From Candidatus Shapirobacteria bacterium (GTDB lineage Bacteria; Patescibacteriota; Microgenomatia; UBA12405): DNA of 64,000 bases. The notes beneath the pieces are model-generated. The model saw nothing but the letters and a program-made list of their open reading frames with translations. It had not been told where the DNA came from and did no database searches. The stretch covers positions 693 to 64,692 of the forward strand of contig JACPHO010000006.1 of assembly GCA_016188545.1 (NCBI GenBank), written 5' to 3'. Positions within the stretch are counted from its first letter, which is position 1, and every line of letters starts with the position of its first letter. Of this stretch, positions 29,684 through 38,709 are shown one piece after another. Position numbers and translations under genes: made by a program.

Positions 29684-30715
29684 ATGAATTTCAGTGACAA
29701 CTCTGATTCTCAAATAACTCCCAACCAACACCACCTTCCCCAAAAAGTTGCCATCCTTTATTCCGATGTCAAACGCGAGTTCTACGCCACCGAGGAACTC
29801 TTTCTCAGCGAAGCTGATGCCTACATTTATGCCAACGATGTTGCCAAATACGTTGCCAAAATGGGGATTGATGTCATCGCTTTAGCTGGTGACGTTGACA
29901 TGACCGACAAACTTCAAAAATATGACCCTGATATGGTGCTGAATCTCGTCGACTCTGTCAACGGAGAATCACATCTCGGTTCTTCTATCCCCGGAGTCCT
30001 GGAGGTTCTTCAAATCCCCTACACCGGTGCCGGAACACTCGGTTGGGCGCTGGGTTGTAATAAGTTTCTAATGTATCAGATACTTCAAGCCGCTGGGGTA
30101 CCGGTTCCAACTCATCAGCTAGTCAACAGCAGCAGTGACATGATTGACCCCTCCCTCCGTTACCCCCTGTTTCCCAAATTAAACAACGAACACAGTAGCA
30201 TTGGTATCGCCGACGATAGTATTTGTTACAACGAGAAAGAACTCCGAGCCAAATTAAGAGACTTGATTACCACTTACAGACAACCAGTATTGATTGACGA
30301 ATTTATTGCTGGCATCGAAGTCACCGCAGCTATCCTCGAAGGCGTCAACACTAAAGTCTATGCAGTTCAAAGAAAAGTAAAAGGTGGTAAAGAAGATGTA
30401 GTCACTTTTGATAAAAAATGGCGCGACTATCTTGACATGTCCTATACCAAATTCGAAGATCCAGTACTGAAAGGTCATGTCAAAATGGCATTTGATTTAC
30501 TGAAAATGTCTGACTATGGTCGGATTGACGTTCGTGTCGACGCTGCTGGTAGGTTCTACTTTATCGATCCTAACTGCAATCCATTTTTTGGTCCACCCAA
30601 GGAAACCCACGCAACTTACAGTATGATTCTTGACATGTACGGCGTCACTTTTGAAGAAACCCTCAAGCGAATGTTCCAAAATACCCTCGAAGCCGAACAT
30701 AACGGCTGGCATTAA
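29684..30715 (+). CDS. D-Ala-D-Ala-ligase-like ATP-grasp protein (tandem paralog)
   Basis: LEVLQIPYTG, EHSSIGI, DEFIAGIE, YGRIDVR, FIDPNCNP. Confidence 0.85.
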   Translation: MNFSDNSDSQITPNQHHLPQKVAILYSDVKREFYATEELFLSEADAYIYANDVAKYVAKMGIDVIALAGDVDMTDKLQKYDPDMVLNLVDSVNGESHLGSSIPGVLEVLQIPYTGAGTLGWALGCNKFLMYQILQAAGVPVPTHQLVNSSSDMIDPSLRYPLFPKLNNEHSSIGIADDSICYNEKELRAKLRDLITTYRQPVLIDEFIAGIEVTAAILEGVNTKVYAVQRKVKGGKEDVVTFDKKWRDYLDMSYTKFEDPVLKGHVKMAFDLLKMSDYGRIDVRVDAAGRFYFIDPNCNPFFGPPKETHATYSMILDMYGVTFEETLKRMFQNTLEAEHNGWH

Positions 30716-30844
30716 TTAGTCCTTTAGTGCTCTAGATCGTAAGAGCTTTAGTTTTCAAATAAGGTAAAAGTTTTAGATTGTCTTTAAATAACTTTTCAAA
30801 ATCTTCACGAGTTATTTATTAATAAAACCAAAGATTTGTTTTTA

Positions 30845-31036
30845 GGGAGGACTTTTCGCAGTCAACCTACTCTACTTATTTAATTGACTTTAAAGTCAGA
30901 CACGTTTCCAGAGTGGAGGTTTCGCAGAAGACCTGTTTTTGGTTCGGAGGTCTTCGAGAATTCAGATAACTGCCGGACGTGCGTATGAGAACAGTAGAGA
31001 CTGCAGATTATCGGTCCATGGAGGAAATGTGTTTGA
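30845..31036 (+). ncRNA. Unassigned structured RNA motif, copy 1
   Basis: Homologous to 57516-57766 with compensatory changes; 14-bp closing stem 30896-30909/31023-31036. Confidence 0.65.
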
Positions 31037-31044
31037 GTTTATGA

Positions 31045-32193
31045 TTATTTTTTAATAATTTGCGCCATCCTCTTCCCCAACTCTTCAAAATCTTTTTCCA
31101 CCCACCCTCTAGTCGTCATTGCCGGAGTCCCAATCCTAAGTCCTGACGGTCTAAACGGACTCCCTTGCTCATTGGGAATAGTATTTTTATTGACGATAAT
31201 GTCGTTTTCCTCGAGTCTCTGCGCCACCTCTTTTCCCATCCCCTCACCCACATCAATTAACATCAAATGATTTTCTGTTCCCAGAACTTTCAACCCCTCT
31301 GATTTTAGCGTCTGCGCCAACACAATAGAATTTTTTACTATTTGTTCTGCATATTTTTTAAACTCTGGTCTCGACGCCTCTTCAAACGCCACTGCCATTG
31401 CTGCTATATTGTTCAAATGTGGCCCACCCTGTAGTCCCGGGAACACCGACTTGTCAATTTTTTTAGCCGCTTCCGGATCTTTGGCTAAGCCGTTTTCAGT
31501 AACTCCAATAATTGCCCCCCTGGGACCACGTAATGTTTTATGAGTCGTTGAAGTAATAATATCGACAAATGGTGCTGGGTCAGGATGAACCCCACCCACA
31601 ATCAATCCAGCAATATGAGACACGTCTGCCACCAACCAAGCATTTACACTCTTAGCCATTCTTGAAAATTTTTCCCATTCCAGTATCCATGGATAAGCCG
31701 TCGCTCCCACAAATATTAATTTTGGTTTTTCCCTCTCTACGTCCTGCGCCATTTTTTCATAATCAATCTTTCCCTCTTCATTCACCCCATACTGCATACT
31801 TTGAAAATATTTTCCTGAAAAGGTCACTCCCGGATGTCCGTGGGTCAGATGACCTCCTGCTGAAAGTTGCATGCCGTAAAATTTGCCACCATGTTCCAAA
31901 AGTCCCACCAATACCGCCATATTTGCTGGACTACCAGAATATGGTTGAACATTTAGGTGAGGCACACCAAATAATTTTTTACCACGATCGATAGCCAGTT
32001 GTTCAATTTCATCAACTATTTTATTCCCTTGATAGTAGCGTTTTCCCGGATAACCTTCGGCATATTTATTTGACAAATCAGATCCCAGTGCTGACTTGAC
32101 CTCTTCTGAAATAAAATTTTCACTGGGAATTAGTTGCACCTGTTTGCGCTGCCTTTCAGTTTCTTGTTTAATCAAATCAAATATTGGATCCAT
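31045..32193 (-). CDS. glyA: Serine hydroxymethyltransferase
   Basis: LIPSEN, NKYAEGYPGKRYY, GGHLTHG, TTHKTLRGPRG, GLRIGTPA. Confidence 0.97.
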   Translation of the reverse strand: MDPIFDLIKQETERQRKQVQLIPSENFISEEVKSALGSDLSNKYAEGYPGKRYYQGNKIVDEIEQLAIDRGKKLFGVPHLNVQPYSGSPANMAVLVGLLEHGGKFYGMQLSAGGHLTHGHPGVTFSGKYFQSMQYGVNEEGKIDYEKMAQDVEREKPKLIFVGATAYPWILEWEKFSRMAKSVNAWLVADVSHIAGLIVGGVHPDPAPFVDIITSTTHKTLRGPRGAIIGVTENGLAKDPEAAKKIDKSVFPGLQGGPHLNNIAAMAVAFEEASRPEFKKYAEQIVKNSIVLAQTLKSEGLKVLGTENHLMLIDVGEGMGKEVAQRLEENDIIVNKNTIPNEQGSPFRPSGLRIGTPAMTTRGWVEKDFEELGKRMAQIIKK

Positions 32194-32204
32194 TGAGTAT
32201 TTTA

Positions 32205-32537
32205 TCACTTCTCCATTATTTCTTTTCCCAACTTTGAATTTTTTGAAATGATTCCAAACTCTAGATACTCAAAGTCGTCAGCTACAAAATACTTATCAAA
32301 ATATCTTTTTTTATCTTTTTTTAGAGCCATCAACTCATTTATTCCCATTTGTAATCTAATAAGCTCCTTATCCATACTCTCAATTTCCTGTTCAACCGCC
32401 CAACGAGTTGCCGTAATATATCTCGAAACGTTTGAATTGTCTTGGTCACCCATATCCAATCTCCTAAGTCGTAACTTTTCTGTCAGCTCCCCAACTTTAC
32501 TTCTCAGTTTTTTCACCACCCCATCTATATCCACCAT
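32205..32537 (-). CDS. GreA/GreB-like short coiled-coil protein
   Basis: Coiled coil plus ISKNSKLGKEI, resembling the Gre ISxxSPLGxAL motif. Confidence 0.45.
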   Translation of the reverse strand: MVDIDGVVKKLRSKVGELTEKLRLRRLDMGDQDNSNVSRYITATRWAVEQEIESMDKELIRLQMGINELMALKKDKKRYFDKYFVADDFEYLEFGIISKNSKLGKEIMEK

Positions 32538-32580
32538 CACCAATTTTAACAAAAAAGCACACCAAGGATTATAATACATC

Positions 32581-33327
32581 ATGATTACCTTTCCCATCAT
32601 CGCCTTCTTCTTCGTTGTTTATCTGGTTTTCAAATCCATCATCATCGTCAACCAATATGAACGTGGTATCGTCCTCACCCTCGGTGTCTACTCCTACACT
32701 CTCGGTCCCGGCCTCAAGCTCGTTGTCCCTATTCTCCAAAGAGTTATCAAAGTTGATATTCGTATCAACACTCTCGATATTCCCAAGCAGGAAATCATTA
32801 CTAAGGACAATGTCGCAGTTTCTATTAATGCCGTCGTCTATTTCCAAGTTACCAAAGCCGAAGACGCCGTCCTCAAAGTCAAAGACTTTGGTTATGCCGT
32901 CTCCCAATACGCCCAAACAGCTCTTCGAGATGTTATTGGCGGTGTTGAACTTGACCAACTTCTGACCGACCGTCAGAAAATTAGTGACGAAATCAAAGCT
33001 ATTGTCGATAAAGAAACCATTGACTGGGGTGTCGACGTCACCAGTATTAAGCTTCAAGATATCGCTGTTCCTGACAACATGAAACGGGTCATGGCTAAGC
33101 AGGCTGAAGCTGAGCGCGAGCGCCGTGCCACCATTATCCGTGCCGAAGGTGAGCTTAAAGCTTCCGAAAACCTCAACAAAGCTATGCACGCTCTTCAGGA
33201 GTCAGGAGCCATCTCCCTTCGTTCACTTCAAACTATCGAAAACGCCACCAACGGCCCTAACAACACTGTTATTTTCAGTATGCCAATGGAATTGCTTGAA
33301 GGTTTCAAAAACCTAGTCAAAAAATAA
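32581..33327 (+). CDS. SPFH/stomatin (band 7) protein
   Basis: QYERG, PGL, ITKDNV, AQTALR, QAEAERERRA. Confidence 0.95.
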   Translation: MITFPIIAFFFVVYLVFKSIIIVNQYERGIVLTLGVYSYTLGPGLKLVVPILQRVIKVDIRINTLDIPKQEIITKDNVAVSINAVVYFQVTKAEDAVLKVKDFGYAVSQYAQTALRDVIGGVELDQLLTDRQKISDEIKAIVDKETIDWGVDVTSIKLQDIAVPDNMKRVMAKQAEAERERRATIIRAEGELKASENLNKAMHALQESGAISLRSLQTIENATNGPNNTVIFSMPMELLEGFKNLVKK

Positions 33328-33350
33328 TATTAATAATTAAACACATAATA

Positions 33351-33707
33351 ATGACGAATTCAAAACCAGTAAAAGAACACATTTTTTTTCCCGACAAGCT
33401 AAAGGGTGAGGGAAAGTTGGATGGACGCGAGGAGATAGTCCTTGTTTTTGAAAAAATCTGCAACCAACTTGACGAAGCTAGCCTTAACCCGAGCAAACCA
33501 GATCTAAGTAAATTAGTTGAAACCTGTAATACCAACGTCCATGCAAGGGGTGCCGCACTATCAATTAGAGACCATCTTCACTCAGTACTCGAAGAGTTGG
33601 ACCTCGTAAAAGGACCAGAAGCCAGAGAAGTTGAACAAAAATACGCCTTCGCACTTGGAGCAATCTACATAGCAACTTCACAACCATACAGAAAGTCAAT
33701 ATTGTAA
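33351..33707 (+). CDS. Hypothetical protein
   Basis: 118-aa ORF filling the gap between + strand genes. Confidence 0.55.
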   Translation: MTNSKPVKEHIFFPDKLKGEGKLDGREEIVLVFEKICNQLDEASLNPSKPDLSKLVETCNTNVHARGAALSIRDHLHSVLEELDLVKGPEAREVEQKYAFALGAIYIATSQPYRKSIL

Positions 33708-33735
33708 TTTAGTAAAAACTTAATAAACTATTTTT

Positions 33736-34509
33736 ATGAGCCTTCAAGACAAATTAGCAGTAATCAACCAACTAAACGAAACCAAAGGACAAGAGCTGGC
33801 AGTGCTATCTCAACTCCCCGCTTTTCGCGAACAAGCTGAAACCGAACACGATTGGCCCATGGTTGCCCAAAGCTATTGGCAAGAACATTTAGCCCATCAA
33901 CATTTGGTTATGAACGACCAAGATCCAGACGATTCTCACCGTACCGCCATGCTCACTACGGCTCAATCTGCTCATCAAGTTGTTATCGATCATAACTTAT
34001 CCGAACTCCTCGGTAATTCTCATCGCTTCCTCGGCCGGGCTTACACCTACAATGGACGACATGAAGAAGCCAAAACCGAATACCAAACTGCCATTGATCT
34101 TCTCCAAAAAGTTCAGGATCCCCGCTATCTGGAAGTCAGTGGCTTTTTAGCCGAATCTTTGATTCGTACCGGAGAAGTCGAAAAAGGTCTTGCCCTAGCT
34201 TATGAAATTTTCGACAAATACGACACTGATCCTTTAGCTCTAACTCTTCAAAAAGCCGATAATTATGTTTATCTCGTCTGGCGTACTGGGATATTTCCCC
34301 GCCTTCAAATTGCTCTTGATGATGTCCAAGCCGTTTATGACAAGGCTAAACTAAAATCTTATCTGGAAAAATCGCAAGCACTTCTAACTGACACTGACAA
34401 ATTTGCCTATCGACTTACTGAGATATCCAAGTCATTATCGCTAATAGTTTTTTTACTTGCGTACTACCTCCCCCTCATCACCGATCTTGGTCATCACCCC
34501 CGCCTGTAA
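33736..34509 (+). CDS. TPR-like helical repeat protein
   Basis: HRFLGRAYTYNGRHEEAKTEYQTAI TPR pattern. Confidence 0.65.
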   Translation: MSLQDKLAVINQLNETKGQELAVLSQLPAFREQAETEHDWPMVAQSYWQEHLAHQHLVMNDQDPDDSHRTAMLTTAQSAHQVVIDHNLSELLGNSHRFLGRAYTYNGRHEEAKTEYQTAIDLLQKVQDPRYLEVSGFLAESLIRTGEVEKGLALAYEIFDKYDTDPLALTLQKADNYVYLVWRTGIFPRLQIALDDVQAVYDKAKLKSYLEKSQALLTDTDKFAYRLTEISKSLSLIVFLLAYYLPLITDLGHHPRL

Positions 34510-35271
34510 CCATAAGTTCTCAAATATTTGTCGATTCATATCTGCCAACGGTTGGTTTTGCATCTCAAAACAAAATACATCCCCTTTTTCCAAGTAGTGA
34601 CAGACCGCGTAAATGTCATTGTAGATAAACACATCCGTTTTAATACTTAGTTTTTTTTCACCCACCCACCTTATGTTCCACCAATTTTTTACCATCGCTT
34701 TAACCTTAGTAAACGGTTCAATTCTTTGTTTATTCGTCAAAGTACGAACCAATATTCTGTTTTCCACTATTCCCTCCCTAAGTTTTTCTGCTTCTTTTTG
34801 GGGCATATAGGCATCAGCTGTCGCCACTTCATAAGAAAGCAATTCCCCTCTAGCTCGCAACACGTTCCAATTCACTCGACTCAGTCCTTCAACTCCTCTG
34901 TAATATAAAATTCTCGATCCTGGCATATCAATTCCCAGCTTTTGACTTAGTAGATCAATTGTTTCTGGTAACTGCTGACTCAAAGACATTAACTCGCTTT
35001 CCCTAACCATCAAAAGTGTCTTCAATTGGCTAGGATCTCCGGCCACAAATTTGAATCCACCACTATCAAGTTTCTGAGTAACCAATCTTTTGTCAATCAA
35101 TCTGTCCAAAATTCGATACACCTTAGTCCGACCAATACCCAACAAGCGGCTAAGTGACAATGCAGTCGATACTCTTTTTTCCAGTAATTCAAGGTAAACT
35201 CTAGCCTCATCTTGATCAAGTCCGTAAGTCATTAATCTAGAAACCATGTTGTCTGTTTGTTCGGACATCAC
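34453..35271 (-). CDS. TrmB-family transcriptional regulator
   Basis: GL.QDEARVYLELL, IGRTKVYRILDRL; PLD-like C-terminal domain. Confidence 0.88.
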   Translation of the reverse strand: MMSEQTDNMVSRLMTYGLDQDEARVYLELLEKRVSTALSLSRLLGIGRTKVYRILDRLIDKRLVTQKLDSGGFKFVAGDPSQLKTLLMVRESELMSLSQQLPETIDLLSQKLGIDMPGSRILYYRGVEGLSRVNWNVLRARGELLSYEVATADAYMPQKEAEKLREGIVENRILVRTLTNKQRIEPFTKVKAMVKNWWNIRWVGEKKLSIKTDVFIYNDIYAVCHYLEKGDVFCFEMQNQPLADMNRQIFENLWLQAGVMTKIGDEGEVVRK

Positions 35272-35327
35272 CTATGACTTTAGTTCACCAAGTGAGAAAC
35301 TGTCAACAGTTAATATTTCATTAACTT

Positions 35328-35570
35328 ATGACTGAAAAAATAACCATACCTGGTACTTTTACTAATAATGAACTTCAGCAAATCGCCCACGCTAGATACA
35401 AACATCTCACTTTTGGAGATGTTGATAGCTTTGCAGATGGTGTTGCTTCTGCCTATCTTGCCTGTCAGGAAGAAAGTCCAGAGGTTATCAAAGAAATCTT
35501 TGGTGATTATCCGTTTGTAGTCGAAGTATCAGATGAGACATATACTGAATTACTAAAGCTATTAAAATAA
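35328..35570 (+). CDS. Hypothetical protein
   Basis: 80-aa ORF just upstream of the DMT gene. Confidence 0.5.
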   Translation: MTEKITIPGTFTNNELQQIAHARYKHLTFGDVDSFADGVASAYLACQEESPEVIKEIFGDYPFVVEVSDETYTELLKLLK

Positions 35571-35574
35571 TCCT

Positions 35575-36435
35575 ATGAAACCCACTCGTGGTGCCAGCCT
35601 GATTCTCACTTCTGCTTTCTTTTATGCCACCTATGGCATCTGGTCGAGAATCATGGGGAATGCTTTTGGTGAATTTTCTCAAGCTTGGACCCGAGGACTG
35701 GTGTTACTAATCTTTATTTTAATTTTCAACTTTAAATATAAAATATTTAAACCTCTTCAAAAACGTGACCTGCCCTGGTTGGCCATAATCGGTTTGGCCG
35801 GTGGTATCAACCAAGCTCCATATTATTTTGGCTTTCAACATCTTAGTATCGGCACCGCCACCCTCCTTTTTTATGCCGCATTAGTCGTTGGCGGTTATCT
35901 TCTTGGCAAAATATTTTTTAAAGAACAGATTACCGGTATCAAAATTGTTAGCCTAGTGTTGGCTATTGTAGGCATGGCATCCATCTATCACTTTCAACTC
36001 TTACCATCCCAATTTTTGGCCGCTGGAATGACCATCATTTCTGGATTACTTGGAAGTATCACCGTCATCATTCCTCGAAAACTAGTCGGCAACTACCCAG
36101 AGTTTCAAGTCATGGTTAGTTACTTTTCGCTCCAAATCATCTTCAATGGAGTTCTCTCTATTTTGTTTCACAACTCCATTCCTCATATCTCAAACATTAC
36201 ACCATGGATTGGGCAGCTCGCCTATGCCATCGCCATGCTATTTGCCAACTGGGCAGCTATCGAAGGCTACAAACATTACGACGCCAGTATTGGCAGTCTC
36301 ATTGGCCTTGCTGAGATCATCTTTGGTGTGGCCTTTGGAGTCATCATTTTCCACGAACCACTAACCATAGGCATTACCTTAGGCTCTTTGATTATTATTT
36401 CTGCTGCCGCCCTGCCCCATCTAAAGCTCGGGTAA
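35575..36435 (+). CDS. DMT/EamA-family transporter
   Basis: 10 TM segments in two repeats; FFKE; E..FGV..G..IFHE. Confidence 0.92.
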   Translation: MKPTRGASLILTSAFFYATYGIWSRIMGNAFGEFSQAWTRGLVLLIFILIFNFKYKIFKPLQKRDLPWLAIIGLAGGINQAPYYFGFQHLSIGTATLLFYAALVVGGYLLGKIFFKEQITGIKIVSLVLAIVGMASIYHFQLLPSQFLAAGMTIISGLLGSITVIIPRKLVGNYPEFQVMVSYFSLQIIFNGVLSILFHNSIPHISNITPWIGQLAYAIAMLFANWAAIEGYKHYDASIGSLIGLAEIIFGVAFGVIIFHEPLTIGITLGSLIIISAAALPHLKLG

Positions 36436-36437
36436 TT

Positions 36438-36839
36438 CTATTTTTTGTAAGTCCTCAGCCCCTCAATCATTTCAAAGTGTTTTAAATTATTAGTCACCAA
36501 TATCAAGTTTTTTTCAATTGCTGTTGCAGCGATAATTAAATCCATAATTGGCCGAGTCATACCTTTTTTGTAATGTTTTGATTGTATCAATGCATATGTT
36601 TTAGCTATTTTTTCGTCAAACGAAATTACGCTCATATTTCCAATTTCAATAAAACTTTTGTACCAAGATTCCTCGCTTCTTCCATACTTTCCACGATAAA
36701 CACCTTGAAAAAATTCTGCCGTTACCACACTACATATTTCACACTCAGGAATTTCGATACCTTTCAATATATTTGCCCTTTCATCCCCTCGGTACAAATC
36801 AATTAATACACCAGTGTCAAGTAAATATTTTTTTACCAT
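36438..36839 (-). CDS. vapC: VapC PIN-domain toxin
   Basis: YLLDTGVLID, AE, DLIIAATA, LVTNN.KHF. Confidence 0.92.
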   Translation of the reverse strand: MVKKYLLDTGVLIDLYRGDERANILKGIEIPECEICSVVTAEFFQGVYRGKYGRSEESWYKSFIEIGNMSVISFDEKIAKTYALIQSKHYKKGMTRPIMDLIIAATAIEKNLILVTNNLKHFEMIEGLRTYKK

Positions 36840-37096
36840 AGCCTCCTCTTTGTCTCACCATATTTATCCACCATTTTCTTAGCTTTTAATATATCCCGAG
36901 CCACTTTTTTACTCCCTTTTCCAAAAAAATCATCCCAACTAGGTTTTTTGACTATTTTTTTCTTGGATACTACAAATTCTAATCTAGATTTTTTACTATT
37001 TATATACACTCTTCTTTTACCCGATTCGGCAATTTTAATCAAATTAAAAAAATTTCTTCTGGCCTCTGTGGGAGTTACAATTAAATCAGTCATCAC
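36833..37096 (-). CDS. Phd-like antitoxin
   Basis: VTPTEARRNFFNLIK; overlaps vapC; upstream palindrome AACATGTACATGTT. Confidence 0.75.
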   Translation of the reverse strand: MMTDLIVTPTEARRNFFNLIKIAESGKRRVYINSKKSRLEFVVSKKKIVKKPSWDDFFGKGSKKVARDILKAKKMVDKYGETKRRLW

Positions 37097-37138
37097 TAAT
37101 TCTACAAAACATGTACACTTTTGTCAACATGTACATGT

Positions 37139-37714
37139 TTATTCACCCCTAATCTTCTTTTCCCACCTCCACACTGCCGTCCCCTTTTCAGGCACTACTG
37201 TTTCAAAGGTCTCGATATCAATTTCTGCCATTTCTTTCACTTTTCCGAAATGTAGAGCAAAGCCTGTGCAAGCTAAATAAAACTTATCATCGTATTCTTT
37301 GGCCTGTATCATAGTATTATCACCAGCACCTTTTCCATCAATCTTGTCAAACAATTCTGCTGTATCACAAAACAATCTAGCTGAATCAGCATTCAACAAA
37401 GCCTGATCAACATTTCGCTCTGCAGCGTAAGACATGTACAAACAAACCGCCCTGCTAACTCTATCCATTTTATCCAACTCGGTGATAATTGCGTTTGTTT
37501 CAGGAGCTACAACATCGTTATAATAACGAGCCATCAATGGTCTGTCACTGATAATTCTGCTTGCGCGGTCATCAGTCATCTCCCACCCTCGACTTACTTT
37601 ACTTAAAAAAGTAAGAGTGTCGTAGTCAAATTGCCCTTTCACAAAATTCTCCGCCCCTTTACTAATTTCAGTAAACTGAGCCCTGTGTTCGATATTTGTT
37701 GTCTTTTCTGTCAT
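37139..37714 (-). CDS. Hypothetical protein
   Basis: 191-aa ORF. Confidence 0.6.
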   Translation of the reverse strand: MTEKTTNIEHRAQFTEISKGAENFVKGQFDYDTLTFLSKVSRGWEMTDDRASRIISDRPLMARYYNDVVAPETNAIITELDKMDRVSRAVCLYMSYAAERNVDQALLNADSARLFCDTAELFDKIDGKGAGDNTMIQAKEYDDKFYLACTGFALHFGKVKEMAEIDIETFETVVPEKGTAVWRWEKKIRGE

Positions 37715-37803
37715 AGTTATTTTTAATTTTTAACTACGAAAATTGTATCCTATAACAAAAACTACAGCTTGAGCTTGAAACCCCTTTTTCTGACTGTATA
37801 ATT

Positions 37804-38703
37804 CTATTCCTGACCAAACACAAACCCCTGTCCCTTTACGGTTCTTATCATTCTCTTTTCACCAACATCTCCAATTTTTTTCCTAATTTTAGACATTATT
37901 TGATCAATTGCCCAATCCGAATATTTTTCCTCTGTATCTTTGGACCAAAGTATCTCTGCAATTTGGTTTCGAGTTACCATGGTACTTTTATTTTTGAATA
38001 ATTCGTCCAGCACTTGATACTCTTGAAAACTCAAGTCAGTTTCCAAATCAATGTTTCCATTCAACCATAGTTTTCCATCTTTTGCTTCAATCCTATTCAA
38101 ACACTCCCCCAGTTTATTTCGCAACCACTCCTCAAACAGTGGCGAAAACACTCTTCCGTTATTTACCAACCCAGTCTTAGTTAAATACTCACCAAAGCCT
38201 TTTGGTTTTCCTCGCATTAAATCCATCAGTTGTGTTTGACTAGTTTCACTTAAGCACCCCCACAACATCTCAAACGTCGCTTCCACTACCCCATCCATTT
38301 CTTTTCTGCCCTCAATCGGTCGGTATTTACCATTTATATCAAACCACACTCGGTTTACTTGATAATACAAATAAAAATTTCCCAATAACTCTTTAACTCC
38401 AACCACCTCCTCACAACCTTGACCAAACACAAATTTAATTTTATTGGGATTCTGATGATAAAAAGTAACAAGTTTTCTCCATATCATCATTCTTTTTTCG
38501 TTTGTGATCGAATCAAGTGAATTAACCACCACTGTACCCTCATAATTATCCAAAACCGGTTCTACTTCTGACGGAATGTCCACTACCAACCAATTATTTT
38601 TCTTCCCCAGCTCTCTCATTTGATACGACCGACCGCTTTCAGGTAGCCCAATTACAAACACCACCCCATTATTTTCCAAAACCTTTTTTATTTCATCTTC
38701 CAT
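37804..38703 (-). CDS. Regulator with a degenerate P-loop and a C-terminal OmpR-type winged helix
   Basis: GLPESGRS; LSFQEY..L..L, WAIDQIMSKIRKKIGD, IRTVKGQGF. Confidence 0.75.
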   Translation of the reverse strand: MEDEIKKVLENNGVVFVIGLPESGRSYQMRELGKKNNWLVVDIPSEVEPVLDNYEGTVVVNSLDSITNEKRMMIWRKLVTFYHQNPNKIKFVFGQGCEEVVGVKELLGNFYLYYQVNRVWFDINGKYRPIEGRKEMDGVVEATFEMLWGCLSETSQTQLMDLMRGKPKGFGEYLTKTGLVNNGRVFSPLFEEWLRNKLGECLNRIEAKDGKLWLNGNIDLETDLSFQEYQVLDELFKNKSTMVTRNQIAEILWSKDTEEKYSDWAIDQIMSKIRKKIGDVGEKRMIRTVKGQGFVFGQE

Positions 38704-38709
38704 AGCTCA

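Noticed and set aside
30901-31017. Twister-like words (AGTGGAGG, CGGTCC), hammerhead-like CTGACGA (copy 2 only), group II-like GTGCG and group I-like GAGACTG in the RNA motif
   Set aside because: The partner elements needed for each ribozyme class are missing, out of order or not shared by both copies; no class is supported.
30845-31036. ZTP, THF or glycine riboswitch controlling glyA
   Set aside because: The element is downstream of glyA, between convergent genes, and lacks those consensus motifs.
32569-33189. 206-aa antisense ORF over the SPFH gene (likewise antisense ORFs over rplK, rplA, rplJ, rplL and the CAP gene)
   Set aside because: Shadow ORFs of recognisable conserved genes; no motifs of their own.
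34453-34509. 57-nt convergent overlap of the TPR and TrmB-like genes
   Set aside because: Most simply explained by loss of a stop codon and a short read-through tail; no evidence of function.
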